Source: Diadema antillarum
Taxonomy: Eukaryota
Length of the DNA: 64,000 nt
Assembly (NCBI RefSeq): GCF_040938485.1
Contig: NW_027270907.1
Span: 1,302,001-1,366,000 of the forward strand
Reading direction: 5' to 3'
Positions 47,889 to 60,143 of the stretch are shown here, in pieces. The notes beneath the pieces were generated by a model that was given only the letters and a program-made list of their open reading frames with translations, ran no database searches and was not told the DNA's origin. The translations under genes were made by a program, and so were the position numbers. Numbering within the stretch: position 1 is the first letter of the stretch; the number at the start of each line of letters is the position of its first letter.

Positions 47889-49193
47889 ATGGCCACATTG
47901 GATGCTTTCGGCATTTTCGTAATCCTGTTAGCAACGCCTTGCGGACTGTCTGCTCAGAACTCGACATTTGAAATTGAGACAGCTACGACACCGGAAGCTG
48001 ATGATGCTGCTCAAAATTCAACAGACACATTACAAGAAACACTAGGGACCACCCTTCTACAACGGACAACGTTTGTTGCAGACTTTCAAACAGAAATTTT
48101 GTCGATGGGGGCTGATAATGCACATTCGTCCTACACGCCCGTAGAGGGTCAGGTCGACACAACACGTTACGATAATATCAAAGGACAGCGCAGCAGAGAA
48201 ACAAATACGACACCTTATATCCTCGCTGATTGGGTGTGGCAGCCGATCACGTGGTCATTGCGGCTGGGAATCCAGGCTTCACTGTCAGTACTCGGCATCA
48301 GTGGGAACGCACTTGTCATGGCGGTTCTGTTACGTCGCGGTGTGGAAAGAAGCTCCGCTGACACTCTCGTCGGGAATCTTGCCGCAGCGGACTTTTTCAC
48401 GTCCGTCTTTATTTTCCCAGTCCCGGTTGCCATTCATGTCCCGAAAACAGCAACTGCAGAAATGTATTGTCGCTTTGTTTTTACCTCATTCTTCCTTTGG
48501 GTAAGCATCATGAGTTCAATTTTAACGCTGACTGCCGCATCGCTGGAGAGATATGCCGCAGTTGTCCACCCCATCCAATGGAACCGCTACAAGAGACGCC
48601 ATCACGTGATTCTTAGCCTCGTTCTCATCTGGTTTGCTGCAGGGATCGTTCCTATCGACCTCCTACTCGCAACCGGCTTCGACAAGGCGTCGAGTTCTTG
48701 CCAGGTAAAGCATCCAACCTATGCTGGACAGATCGTCATTGCAATGGTTTCTTTCATTTTCGGCTTCGTGCTTCCGGCCTTGACCATGTTAGTTACACAG
48801 CTCTTTGCTGCTCGCGCTCTCTACATGCAGTCCAAGCATTTTACGGGTACCTACGAACGTGGCAACCACTCTACCGCATCATCGCTCAGACATCTTGTTG
48901 CTATGAATCGAGTCTTGCGAATGCTCCTGATTCTAGTCATTATCTGCATTGTGTGCTGGGGTCCGAACGCCACTTCCTACTTTTTGTACAAGTTGCACGT
49001 CATTGATCCCAGCTTCCTCTACGGACCAGTTGACCGTGTGCTTGTGATGCTGGCCATGGTTAACTCTTGCACCAATCCCATCGTGTATTTGGTCTGGAAC
49101 GCGCAATTCCGCGCAGCTGTTGTCAAATTCTTCACCGGCACGAAGATAAGCAATAGCGCCCTCTTCGGATTTCAGGACGAGTCAACCCGATAA
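47889..49193 (+). CDS. Class A GPCR, array copy 6 (C-tail shortened)
   Basis: 434 aa from homologous ATG 47889 (in-frame ATG also at 47862); ERY, CWGP, NSCTNPIVY; ends ESTR*. Confidence 0.93.
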   Translation: MATLDAFGIFVILLATPCGLSAQNSTFEIETATTPEADDAAQNSTDTLQETLGTTLLQRTTFVADFQTEILSMGADNAHSSYTPVEGQVDTTRYDNIKGQRSRETNTTPYILADWVWQPITWSLRLGIQASLSVLGISGNALVMAVLLRRGVERSSADTLVGNLAAADFFTSVFIFPVPVAIHVPKTATAEMYCRFVFTSFFLWVSIMSSILTLTAASLERYAAVVHPIQWNRYKRRHHVILSLVLIWFAAGIVPIDLLLATGFDKASSSCQVKHPTYAGQIVIAMVSFIFGFVLPALTMLVTQLFAARALYMQSKHFTGTYERGNHSTASSLRHLVAMNRVLRMLLILVIICIVCWGPNATSYFLYKLHVIDPSFLYGPVDRVLVMLAMVNSCTNPIVYLVWNAQFRAAVVKFFTGTKISNSALFGFQDESTR

Positions 49194-52145
49194 AAGCCAC
49201 CATGTCATAATGATTAGTGAATCTGTTATTACTGTTGGCAGAAACAAGAAGGCAAAATTTATTTCACCTTCGAAAACGCGGAAATTTAACGGAAAAACTA
49301 AATCATCTTCTCAATTTTGATCAGTTCTCATCATTTTTATGTCCATCCATTCACCTCGTTGTTTTCATCGGTTTCCTGCAAGCAGACATATTATTATATA
49401 GAACTGCCAGATTACCTGAACCCCTCCCACTAAAAAAAAAAAAAAAAAAAGAAATAAATAAAATGATCTTGAAGTGGTGTCAAATATATGTTCTTATATC
49501 TTAAATTGATACAGTCCTAAAATATGAAGAGGAAAGAAAACACAAAGTAAAACCGCTTTATCGTTTCATTATCATATCACGTCCATCATGCGTTTAGTGA
49601 TTACAGGCGACTCGCGGTATAAGGAAATCCTTAGGAACGGCAATTTCCTTTCCTATATCGAAATTTCTTCATAGGTGATACTTTGGGGACCTTTATTTTT
49701 GTCCTGCAACAAGAACTTTTTAAAAATATAATCATGTTGGTTACGACGAGTGCATAGTAATATCCATTTGCATCAAGTTCGAGATTAGCATTTACAATCA
49801 GAACATTCTTTGAGCCGTTTCAACAAGTAGACTACTTCACTATTGCATTCAAATTTATGCATGGTTTTATCAATATAGTGGTGTAATGGCTTTTGTCAAA
49901 CAATTTCGCATGTTGTGCTTCAAATTCGTTTAAGTTCAAATTCATAACATAAATTCCCAAATTTATGCATTTTTATTAATGCGGTGGGCTAGGTTAACTA
50001 ACATGCGAGGCACTTTCAGCTCGTTTTTGATCGATCAATTTTCACAACCGAGCATTCAATTTCGTATATACACATGTAATGGATAAGCAAGAGTGATACT
50101 GTCGATATAGGTCCTATAACGGAATGTGACTTTTAGTTTTTATTTGAAATCATGATCAGCATTTGTTTATTTGAACATCTAGATCTTTATCTTTTGCTCA
50201 AGATGTCATGTGAATATCCACACAAAATGCATAATACTATTTTCCACGTATAAATTATGTGCATGTTTGTGTATAATGTATGTATGCCTCTTGTGAATAT
50301 ATTAAATGAAATCAAAATTAAATCAAACTTCAATATAAATCCTTCTTTTCATTATGATCATCGCATGGGTATTTATATCCATAACTGACACTTTCAATTC
50401 ATTATGATCATCCTAATGTGATTATAATCTTTATTTGACAAATTTCAGTTCATCATGGTTCATATATTGTTTTGTGATCTTCATTAAAATGATTTTACAA
50501 ACCCAGTTTCATCATCATTAATGATCCACGTATAGTCGTTTTCAATATTCGATTTAGAACTGAGTACAATGGACATCGTAAGGTTTGATGTGAAAGCTTC
50601 ATTTATGACGTTGTTTGTTTGCCCATACGCGAATTTGAATATATGGAATGAGCTGGCGACATTTTAACACGAACTTGAGTAACCATTGCCGAAAATGTAT
50701 GCGCATTCAATGGATCAGAATGCACAATTGCGAAATCTCTTGCTACTTTGATTAATCTGAACAGCGGAGAACGATTTTGAATGACGACATTTCGATGCCA
50801 TAGTGTACTAATTTACGGAAACAAAAATTAGGGCTTCTTAATCTGAAATTGAATGGCAAAACAATGAAATTTACCTGGGAAAAACTATACAATGTCCATA
50901 GTGATTACAATTTATGCATAAAACTAATATCTGTCTGTGGTTTGAATGAAATTCAAATGGAAAGCATGATACAAATTGATAAATGATAATGCAAGGTTCT
51001 CCTTTCACTTGGGGGAGCATCTCCAAAATGTCAATCTGTACCTCTTTTTTCAGATAAAAGACGCCTGAAACTTTCCATGGTTATAGCTCTTTTACAACCA
51101 ATCATCACCAAATATATCATGTGTTTCCGTGTAAATTGAATTCATAATTTGCTTATTAATGTTTGGCCTATGATTATGATTTTTACAGTAAAGTCAGTCA
51201 CCAGTTTGCTTCTGTTTTCAACCTGAAAGTTCATTTACTTTTGCTGGCCTATCTTAAAAATTAACATGTTTCTTGATGTGTATGTGATGTTTGCTCAGAT
51301 TCTATCCTCATCCTAGAAAAAAAAAAGTGACAAACATTGGGAGAAATGGCAGATAAAGTTTACAACTCCATAACTGGAGCTGAAACATCCACGATATGTG
51401 TGATTAATGGATTCCAGAACAGGTGTCATATTGTTGAGATTTGTCAATCAGTTGCAATGAAAACATCTCGACAGAAGAATGTCATGAATTTGAAAAGGTG
51501 TGATATTGTTACCAGACATCATCGTTTATGTATGTCCTTGTATGGAAGAGGAGAGCATAACAGTATAATGATCTGAAAGATCAAAACGATGTTTAATGAT
51601 TCCTGAAAAAAAAGAAGAAGAAAGAAACCAAGTTGTAGAGCTGCAACCTGCTGTGATCATTATTAGATTTTCCCACCAAATTGTATCAGATTTGCATTTG
51701 AGTTATTACAATGAGAAAGCATTTAAATTCGACCGATTTTCGACAACGCTCTGCCATCACAATTCATTATAATTCATTCATCATTTAAGTTCGTTTCATG
51801 TCATTCCTTTTCGATTCTGTTTCATTCAATTTAGAGAGAAATTCACTCAACTTAAAAACGTTAAATTTGGTCCCAAGTACTAATTTCCATTTCACTTATG
51901 GGCACAAAACTTCGAACTTTAAACATTCGAATTCGATTGGCATAAACAAGCCCTGTGATATGTAATTCATACAGTACATTACACACGTCAAATTCCCTTT
52001 TTTTACGGTTAGATAAAATTTCACAGCTTCGTTTAATCAGTTGATTTCAATCATATTTTGTATTTGTTTTCCTTGTAATCTTTTTTTTCCTGTTTTACTT
52101 TATTCATTATCAAAATATGATATTTTTAACACTGGGGAATGGTCA

Positions 52146-52189
<44 letters not shown>

Positions 52190-53266
52190 GCGTCCAGATC
52201 CATATTTACATTATGGACCTCTCCCTTGATCGATTCGTTATTTATATTTCCTTATTATCATATCTATATTACCTTCGATATCAAACGTTGCTGGACCCAG
52301 ACGTTGAACGGTTCTTTCCCCCAGAGGTTGCTGGCAATTTAAACTTGCATCTTGCTTTTTGTCAAATGCTTCTTCAAATACAGTTCTGTCCGTAGTCAAG
52401 ATATTTATGTAATAATTATGGTACATATCCACATAATCAGATGTGAAATAAACTGTAAATAAAACAATATTCTTTTATTACATCGCCACATTGTGACGAT
52501 GGTTAATAGTTGAACATGTAAGTCCATAAATCGAACCAAATTCAGTTGCTCTACTTACACTATCAAATCGGAGATAGTGACACGCTTGCATATAGCGCTA
52601 AAATCAAACAATTCATGTGTATGATAAGTTTTGTCTAGTGAGAATCATTATCATTTGTAACTTTGTAACCTTGAATGAGGTCTATAGGAACTACAACAAT
52701 GTATCTGCTCTACCTGCATCTTTAATAGCGAGAACCATTACGTGACTTTTGTACATAGACTTCATGTTTAAGTAGTGATGCAATGGTGCATGTTGATTCT
52801 GAGCACTCGAACAAAATACAGACGAATCGCAATGTAACCCCATTCATTTACATGTATCATGTATTGTGATAAGTCACCAATTACTATAAGTACCCATTTT
52901 TGTAGCCAGCTCGTAGCCTATTTGTAACCGCACTATATTACACGCGCACATACAACATGTAACAAGGAGCTCGATCCGCGAAAAATAAACCATTCTACAG
53001 ACATATTGCTCCACTTGTGACAGTGTCTATGTTTGCCTTCCTGCGATGACGCATGGTGTTACTGTGTCTTACCGCGTGTTTTACTGTACATTGCGTATAT
53101 CACAACCAAACACACAATGTGGTGAATTACAGTGACCATTTCACGAAAAGAGAATCGAAATTTGAAGAATAACCCAAACAAACAGACAAAGATAGAGAAA
53201 ATAGATCCTACTCAGATAACACTCTTGAGGGTTATTTTTGAAGAGGGAGAAGGCGTACGCCGTTAA

Positions 53267-53870
53267 AGGAAACCAAAATCCAAAGAAAATGTAGATTGAG
53301 TGAAAGCAGCAACATTAGTAGAACACATGAATGAACGTTTGAGGAAAATCGGACAATCGATGCACAAGTTATGAATTGTAAAACTTTTGGTGTCGGAACC
53401 ACTGGATATAAGGAGACTACTTGAGTTTATGACATCTATGTGGACAAGGCAAATATAAAAAATAAATGAACATGCTTTCACTGTTTTAGCGTAATGAAAG
53501 AGCACTTCACTAACCACTTTCAGAAAGTAGGGGGAATAATTACTACCCTTAACATATGTCAGAATCAAGTTGACGGAAAATTGGACAATTCATTCACATG
53601 CTATGAATCTTTAGAATTCTGTTACTGTCATCGCTGGATGAGAAGACTGCAATTCATACCATAAGTACAGAACAACTGTATGAAGGAAATAAAAAGGAAA
53701 ATCAACATTTACCGAAGGCAGGGGGAACGATTATCTTTGATATAACTATGTCAGTAGAAAGTCAAAGAAATACGTTATTTCCCCCCCCCCCCCCCAAAAA
53801 AAAAGAAGATAATTTTCCTCATATTACTCTTAATCGTCGTTCTACAGTGACGTCACAAACTCTTGCAGAG
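53267..53870. mobile_element. Truncated MITE related to the AGGACAAG family
   Basis: TTAA AGGAAACCAAAA start; GCAGCAACATTAGTAGAACAC...GGAAAATCGGACAATCGATGCA shared with 59575-60143; right end not found. Confidence 0.65.
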
Positions 53871-54305
53871 CAAATCAAAGAAAAAGACACTTTCAGCTAG
53901 ACCATGATTTCTATCCATTATAATTCCCATTAGATAGCTTTATGAACACATGCACGACATGTTATCTGGAAAACAAATTTCGTACTGGTCCCACATTATT
54001 TTTTTCGATGTTTTGACAAAGCCCTAAATGAAGTTTGTTATGAATCTAGTATGTCCCAATCTTTTCCTCCGGCCGGCCATCTTTTCAAGCAATGCTTATA
54101 ATGGCGGCCCTCTGCATAATCGCTTCTTAACTTCCCTGCTGCATAGACATGCAGATTTTTCACCAGACATTTAATTGCTAACTGTCTTGGAGGAGTCTGC
54201 GCCTTTGAATGTTTCTGTGACAGATATATGGCGCCATACAAATGCCGTGGATCATCATCATCATCATGCATACTGTATATTATTTAATTAATTCCCTTTT
54301 ATATT

Positions 54306-54475
54306 GTTGTTTATGCAAGTCAAACGACTCTGTGTTAAATTTACTTTGTATATTTCCTACATGTTCATGATTATGTAACTTATGTATATCGTTGTTTATG
54401 AAAGTCAAACGACTCTGTGTTGAATTTACTTTGTATATTCCGTACATGTTCATGATTATGTAACTTATGTATATT
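54306..54475. repeat. Two-copy 85-bp tandem duplication
   Basis: GTTGTTTATG(C/A)AAGTCAAACGACTCTGTGTT... at 54306 and 54391. Confidence 0.9.
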
Positions 54476-54649
54476 GATTTGCAGAAAATAAAGTATCTAT
54501 CAAACAAACAAAGTTCAACAAACTTAGGGCTTTTGTGTTTATATATATATATATATATTTGTGTCTCAGCTCTTTACCAATCCCCTTCCCTTCCCCCCCC
54601 CCCTATCCGTCTCTCTATTTCCCATTACTCAACTCCATAACTGACTCTA

Positions 54650-56010
54650 TTGGAGTTCAGCGTGACAGCAAGCATAGCTGACAATTGGCCTTTTTTGGCT
54701 ATTTTGCAATGTTGTTGTTATCCTGTTTGGTTCATCTTCTAAGTGCAGGAAAACCTAATTGATTATAATCATACATACACACACTTGCACAAACACACAC
54801 ACACACACACACATGGCTCGTGAGGTCGTTAAGTTTATACAGACGCGGTCATCCTCTGAGCAGGCGTTGTGTTTCATCTAGCGAGAATAATCCTTGCAAA
54901 TATGAAAAGCGATGACTTTCTCTCGCATACAGAGGAAAAGAGGACAATAAAACATTACGGAAAATTACCTTCCATCAGATGTGAACCTTTTCATCTGCCC
55001 ATCATAACGAAGAAAAGATTCCCATTAGGGTTTGCTCTTGAAGCTGTTGTTGTTTATGATGGTATGGGGGTGGAATTATCCACGTTTCTGCCGCTGATAT
55101 TGAGGTTGTGGTTGGTGTTGCTGTTTTGTCATATTGTGCTCGATTATCTGACTCGATAATCATAACCATTGCAACAATTCAATAGCGATATTTTGCGCAG
55201 AGTTAAAAGCATTTTACGTTCTTAATCATCATGTAAGCGTATGAATCAATATTGGGTATATTTCAAGCAACTTTCCTCACATTGTCAATTACGAACTCTC
55301 CTCCTCTCTTCAACTATTATCTTTTTTTTTAAGTATTGCCTCAAAAAAAAGTTTCGACTTCTGTCCCTGCCTTGCTGCATCAAAAACGCTTCATTTAGAT
55401 CTATTCAATGTTTAATATCCTATAACGATCGTCTTTCTCAACTTATTACTTGCTCTAAAACAGCAAACAACTCAAACCACAAGGCACTCCTGATTTTTTT
55501 ATTTCCTCCTTGGCTTGGACTCAAAATTGTGTAACACGCAGAAAATTCAGTAACATATAAGGGGGGAGTACTCATTGCCAGTAGTCATTACATGTTTTAC
55601 ATTATTAATCCCTCTACTTATATCAAAATCTCTAAAGAAAATAAAACACAAATAATGGATATAAGATGCTTTAAAACGGCAGTTTGATTTTCAGATTTGG
55701 TATTGCATGTTAGCGATAAGGGAGACGTAACAAGCTGAAGGTGAATATCGACTCTGTAGGACACCTTGGAGGATTGGTCATGTGGAGAAAAGATTCCCAA
55801 GATTGGTATCCGTTATTTCACTTTAAAGCACTTTTTTAACATTCCAGCGCTTGGTAAAACACCAGTACCCTCTGCGACGCGGTGAATCTTAGTGCTGAGG
55901 AAACGTATTCATCTGGATCTCCGAAACTTGTTTCGCTGATGTCTCATATTTCTAGCTTTGATATTCGACGTCAAAGGTATTTCATGTTTATCTGATCTAC
56001 ACTATTTAAC
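54650..56010 (-). pseudogene. Upstream partner module, unit 7
   Basis: Minus-strand donor AAG|GTAATT (AC 54967-68), acceptor region TTTTCCTGCACTTAG (CT 54739-40), upstream acceptor TACAG| (CT 56011-12); tail frame ...IPPPYHHKQQQLQEQTLMGIFSSL*WADEKVHI*. Confidence 0.55.
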
Positions 56011-57645
56011 CTGTATACGTATACACACTTTGTGTCATGTAAATAAGGTTGAGGTCCCCACTCATTATTTTGCAAATTTCCTTAGTCTTCAAGTTTAAAT
56101 GGACTTGAAATTAATTAGTAATTCCTAGTTTATAGTAGAAATGGGGAATCGTCCTTTAAAAAGAAAAGAAAATTGCATGTTTTTGAATATAGCTGTTCTT
56201 AAACTGAAACTCGAGCAATATTCCAATCTTAATTCGGTACAAGAATCCAACTTTCATTAGTTGTTTCCAAATTGCAAATGAAACATTTTTGTTGGGAACG
56301 AAAAAAGAAATTCCCCCTATGTTCCGTTGTCCACATATATCCAAGTTACACATTAAACGGATTCTTAGTTTCGGTTGAGATGAGGCTTCAGGTTTCCAAC
56401 TTTTTTGATGGTGATTTTGTGATTGTGAGAAACCTCTTATGAAATATATTCAAGAGGAATTGAAAGCTTATTTGATGAAAATTGAATTGATTTGATTTGA
56501 TTTGAATTGATTTGATTTATTGGTCTTGAAATGGCTGAGATATCCAAAACAAAGCTATCCTAATAAAATGCCCGACCAACCTTTTTTGTGTGTTTTTACG
56601 ATCGCTTTGTTTTTCTTTGTTTTTTGACATCTCAGCCATTTCAAAAGTGATTTTGGTCAAATAAACTTTTAATTCCTATCATAATTATATGCTGATGTGG
56701 AACACTTAATAAAGTGATTTCTAAGTATCTCACAAAAGTTAAAAGCTGAATACTACCCCATCTCTTGAAGTTGCTTGCATCACAGTAAATCCTCCCTAAT
56801 GTGGATTTTTCGAGGAGTTTTGCTCTGAGTGCACATATCATATGAATACCCACTCTGTAGTTTCCTTGATGCTTTAGGATAAATTTCAAAAGCTTAGAGA
56901 AAAAAGTATTTTCCTCTTGAACAGAAAAACGAAAAAAAAAATCCCTTATGATACCTTTTCTTCAGATGTCTAATTCCTTTTGAGTACGGAATGATATATC
57001 ACATTTTATCGTATTTGAAATGTTGCAGATCCACAAAAAAAAAGCTCGATTTTAACTTGCCGGGGAATACTTGATTCTTTTTTTCTTTTATGTTTCTTAA
57101 GTAATTTATTATTTTAAATATTATGCTATGAAGATTATTTTCAGGTATATCGTAAAGAATAATTAACATTGCTTCTTGACAATGCAAGCAAAACGAAATA
57201 AGAGACCATAGTTACGCCCGCATACCTAACATCTCCAAGACATTTTGTATCTTTAATAGCATACTCCTCTACAATGCAGACGAGAGATATGATCCAAGTG
57301 GTATCCATGTATACCAAGCCTTTAAGCATCACTGCTTGTCATCATCTTTTCCGTAATACGAGGCCTCGATCACCCACTTTGACTAGGACACTTGACAAAC
57401 TTGAAGATATCTTACTGTCATAAAGCTCTTTATTTTCTATAACGCCAGTGACTGACAATCTTAATCACCATAATCATACAATTAATTGTCAAAATTCATT
57501 ATCAAAATTCATTTTCAAAAATACAAAAACTTTAAAATTTAACCTTCTCTGATGCTGATGCACAATTTCTTGTTAAATTTGGTCTCTGATACAGATTTTA
57601 AAGACATCAGTGAATTTCTTTAAAGTCAACTCGAGTACACACAGC

Positions 57646-58974
57646 ATGGCTTCAATAGATGTATTCGTCCTTTTTGTGACCCTGGTGGCAACGCCTTGCA
57701 GAGTATCTACTCAGAACCCGACGTCTGTGAACTACCCTGAGATAGAAACAGCTACGACACCGACAGTTGGCATCACAGCTCAAAATATGACAACAGCATC
57801 AAGGAACAGTCAGGGAACCACTGTTCTACAACGGACAAAGTTTACTGTACAGGTGAAAACAGATGCACTGTCGCTTGGGGCAGAGAATTCGAGTTCATCA
57901 TTCACAGAGGGTCAGACCAACACAACAGATTACGATGACATAAAAGCAGAGTGGATCAGTGAAAACCATACAGCCCCTTTTATCGACGTTGATTGGGTGT
58001 GGCAGCCAATCACGTGGTCATTTCAAATGAAAATTCAAGTTTTCCTATCACTGCTTGGCATCGGCGGGAACGCGCTTGTCATGGCGGTTCTGTTTCATCG
58101 AGGTTTGAAAAGGAGCTCCGCCGACTCTCTCGTCGGGAATCTTGCCACAGCAGACTTTATCACGTCCGTCTTTATCTTTCCAATCCCGATCGCGGTTGGC
58201 GTCCCGAAAACAGCCACTGGGGAGATGTACTGCCGCTTTGTTTTTACTTCATTCTTCCTATGGTCAAGCATCTTGGGTTCAATCTTCACGCTGACTGCCG
58301 CATCGCTGGAGCGGTATGCGGCAGTGGTTCACCCTATCCGTTGGAGCCGCTACAAGAAACCCCGGCATGTGAATCTCTGCCTCGTTGTCATCTGGTTCTG
58401 TGCTACGATCCTGCCCTCCGAGCTCTTTCTCTCCACCGGCGTCGGCAAGGCGTCGAGTTCCTGCCAAGTTGAGCATGCAACTTACGCGGGACAAATCGTC
58501 CTTGCACTGGCTTCTTTCATTTTCGGCTTTTTGATTCCGGCCGCGACAATGTTAATAACACAGCTTTTAGCTGCTCGCGCTCTCTACAAGCAATCCAAAC
58601 GTTTTACGGGAACCTGCGAACATGGCGACCACTCTACTGCATCGTTTAGACATCTTGTGGCCATGAATCGGCTTTTGGTTATGCTCTTTATCGTAATCAT
58701 TATTTTTATTGTGTGCTTGGGTCCGCAGGCCACCGCTTTTTTCTTGTACAACTTGCACGTCCTTGATCCTAACTTCCTGTATGGACCAGTTGACCGTGTT
58801 CTTACGGCATTATCTCTGTTTAACTCTTGCGCCAATCCCATCGTGTATTTGGTGTGGAATGCGCAATTCCGTGCAGCTCTCGTTAAATTCTTCACGTGCA
58901 CCAAGATAAATAATAACGCCCTCTTCGGCTTTCAGACAGAATCCACCCAGAAAACCCATGTTAAAAAGGTTTAG
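57646..58974 (+). CDS. Class A GPCR, array copy 7 (most divergent; CLGP in TM6)
   Basis: 442 aa from ATG 57646 (the track's 57610 start is GTG); LATAD, ERY, CLGP, NSCANPIVY. Confidence 0.95.
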   Translation: MASIDVFVLFVTLVATPCRVSTQNPTSVNYPEIETATTPTVGITAQNMTTASRNSQGTTVLQRTKFTVQVKTDALSLGAENSSSSFTEGQTNTTDYDDIKAEWISENHTAPFIDVDWVWQPITWSFQMKIQVFLSLLGIGGNALVMAVLFHRGLKRSSADSLVGNLATADFITSVFIFPIPIAVGVPKTATGEMYCRFVFTSFFLWSSILGSIFTLTAASLERYAAVVHPIRWSRYKKPRHVNLCLVVIWFCATILPSELFLSTGVGKASSSCQVEHATYAGQIVLALASFIFGFLIPAATMLITQLLAARALYKQSKRFTGTCEHGDHSTASFRHLVAMNRLLVMLFIVIIIFIVCLGPQATAFFLYNLHVLDPNFLYGPVDRVLTALSLFNSCANPIVYLVWNAQFRAALVKFFTCTKINNNALFGFQTESTQKTHVKKV

Positions 58975-59237
58975 TGCATTTCACTACGGAGGAATCAATC
59001 TCAATTTTTTTTTCTGTGGTGTAGACATTTGTAAAGACGACTAACGTTTCTTGCAAGTATAATTACTCGTACAATGTATTACAAGTGTATAAATTATGTA
59101 CGTCCTAAACTAATTGTTCAAAATAATCGTGTGTTCTTGGAAAGGAGAAGCCTGTAAACGACAAACTTATAGAAATTCAGCCCACTCAATGAATCGGACG
59201 TGCAATTTAAAAAGAAAAAAAAATGTAAGGGAACGGA

Positions 59238-59274
<37 letters not shown>

Positions 59275-59574
59275 TCACACAGGCGCAAGACGCTCACGGT
59301 AAACAAACAACCAAAACTGTCTTTAAATTCGTTAACACAGCAAGAGTTGATGTATCGCTTTAGTTTATCACTTAGGTAATTCCAAAATCTTGCCTCTCCA
59401 TAAACCAAATATTCTTGGCGAGGATGGTGCGGAGTAAAGAGATATGAAATTCATTGGATCTTCTTGTAGGGTAATTACGAACACTGACGTTCTACGAAAT
59501 ACATCATCAATAGGTTGGGCAACTCACATTTTCTAAAATTAAACTTCAATTGCCTTAAGTCATGCTGTACTTAA

Positions 59575-60143
59575 AGGACAAGTTCACCTTCATAAACATA
59601 AGGATTGAGAGAATGCAACAATATTAGTAGAACACATCAGTGAAAGTTTGAGGAAAATTGGACAATCGATGCAAAAGTTATGAATTTTTAAAATTTTTGT
59701 GTTGGAACCGCTGGATGAGGAGACTACTACAGCTTGTGAGTCATATGCGTACAACAGTATAAAGAAAATGTAAAAGAAAATTCAACATATTTTCACTTTT
59801 TTCGCATAATAAAAGAGCTCTTGACTTGCCTCTTTCTAAAGGCAGGGGGAATAATATTACCCATAACATTTGTCGGTAACGAGTCAGGGGAATGTGTACT
59901 TTTTTCAAAAGATGGCATTTTGTGAAATTCTCTTTATATTTTCCTGATATTGTTGTACGCATGTGACATCTAAGTTATTCATACACTGCAGTAGTCTTCT
60001 CATCCAGCGGTTACTGCACAAAAACTTCAAAAATTCATAACTTTTGAACGGATTGTCTGATTTTCCTCAAACTTTCAATGATGTGTTCTACTAATATTGC
60101 TACATTCTCTCAATCCTTATGTTTATGAAGGTGAACTTGTCCT
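59575..60143. mobile_element. Complete TTAA-flanked MITE, AGGACAAGTTCACC family
   Basis: TTAA|AGGACAAGTTCACCTTCATAAACATAAGGATTGAGAGAATG ... exact inverted end|TTAA. Confidence 0.92.

Noticed and set aside
49700-53200. Short ORFs and moderately GC-rich patches (e.g. 51337-51576) as a possible gene or transposase
   Set aside because: No recognisable motifs, splice pattern or repeat termini; left unannotated
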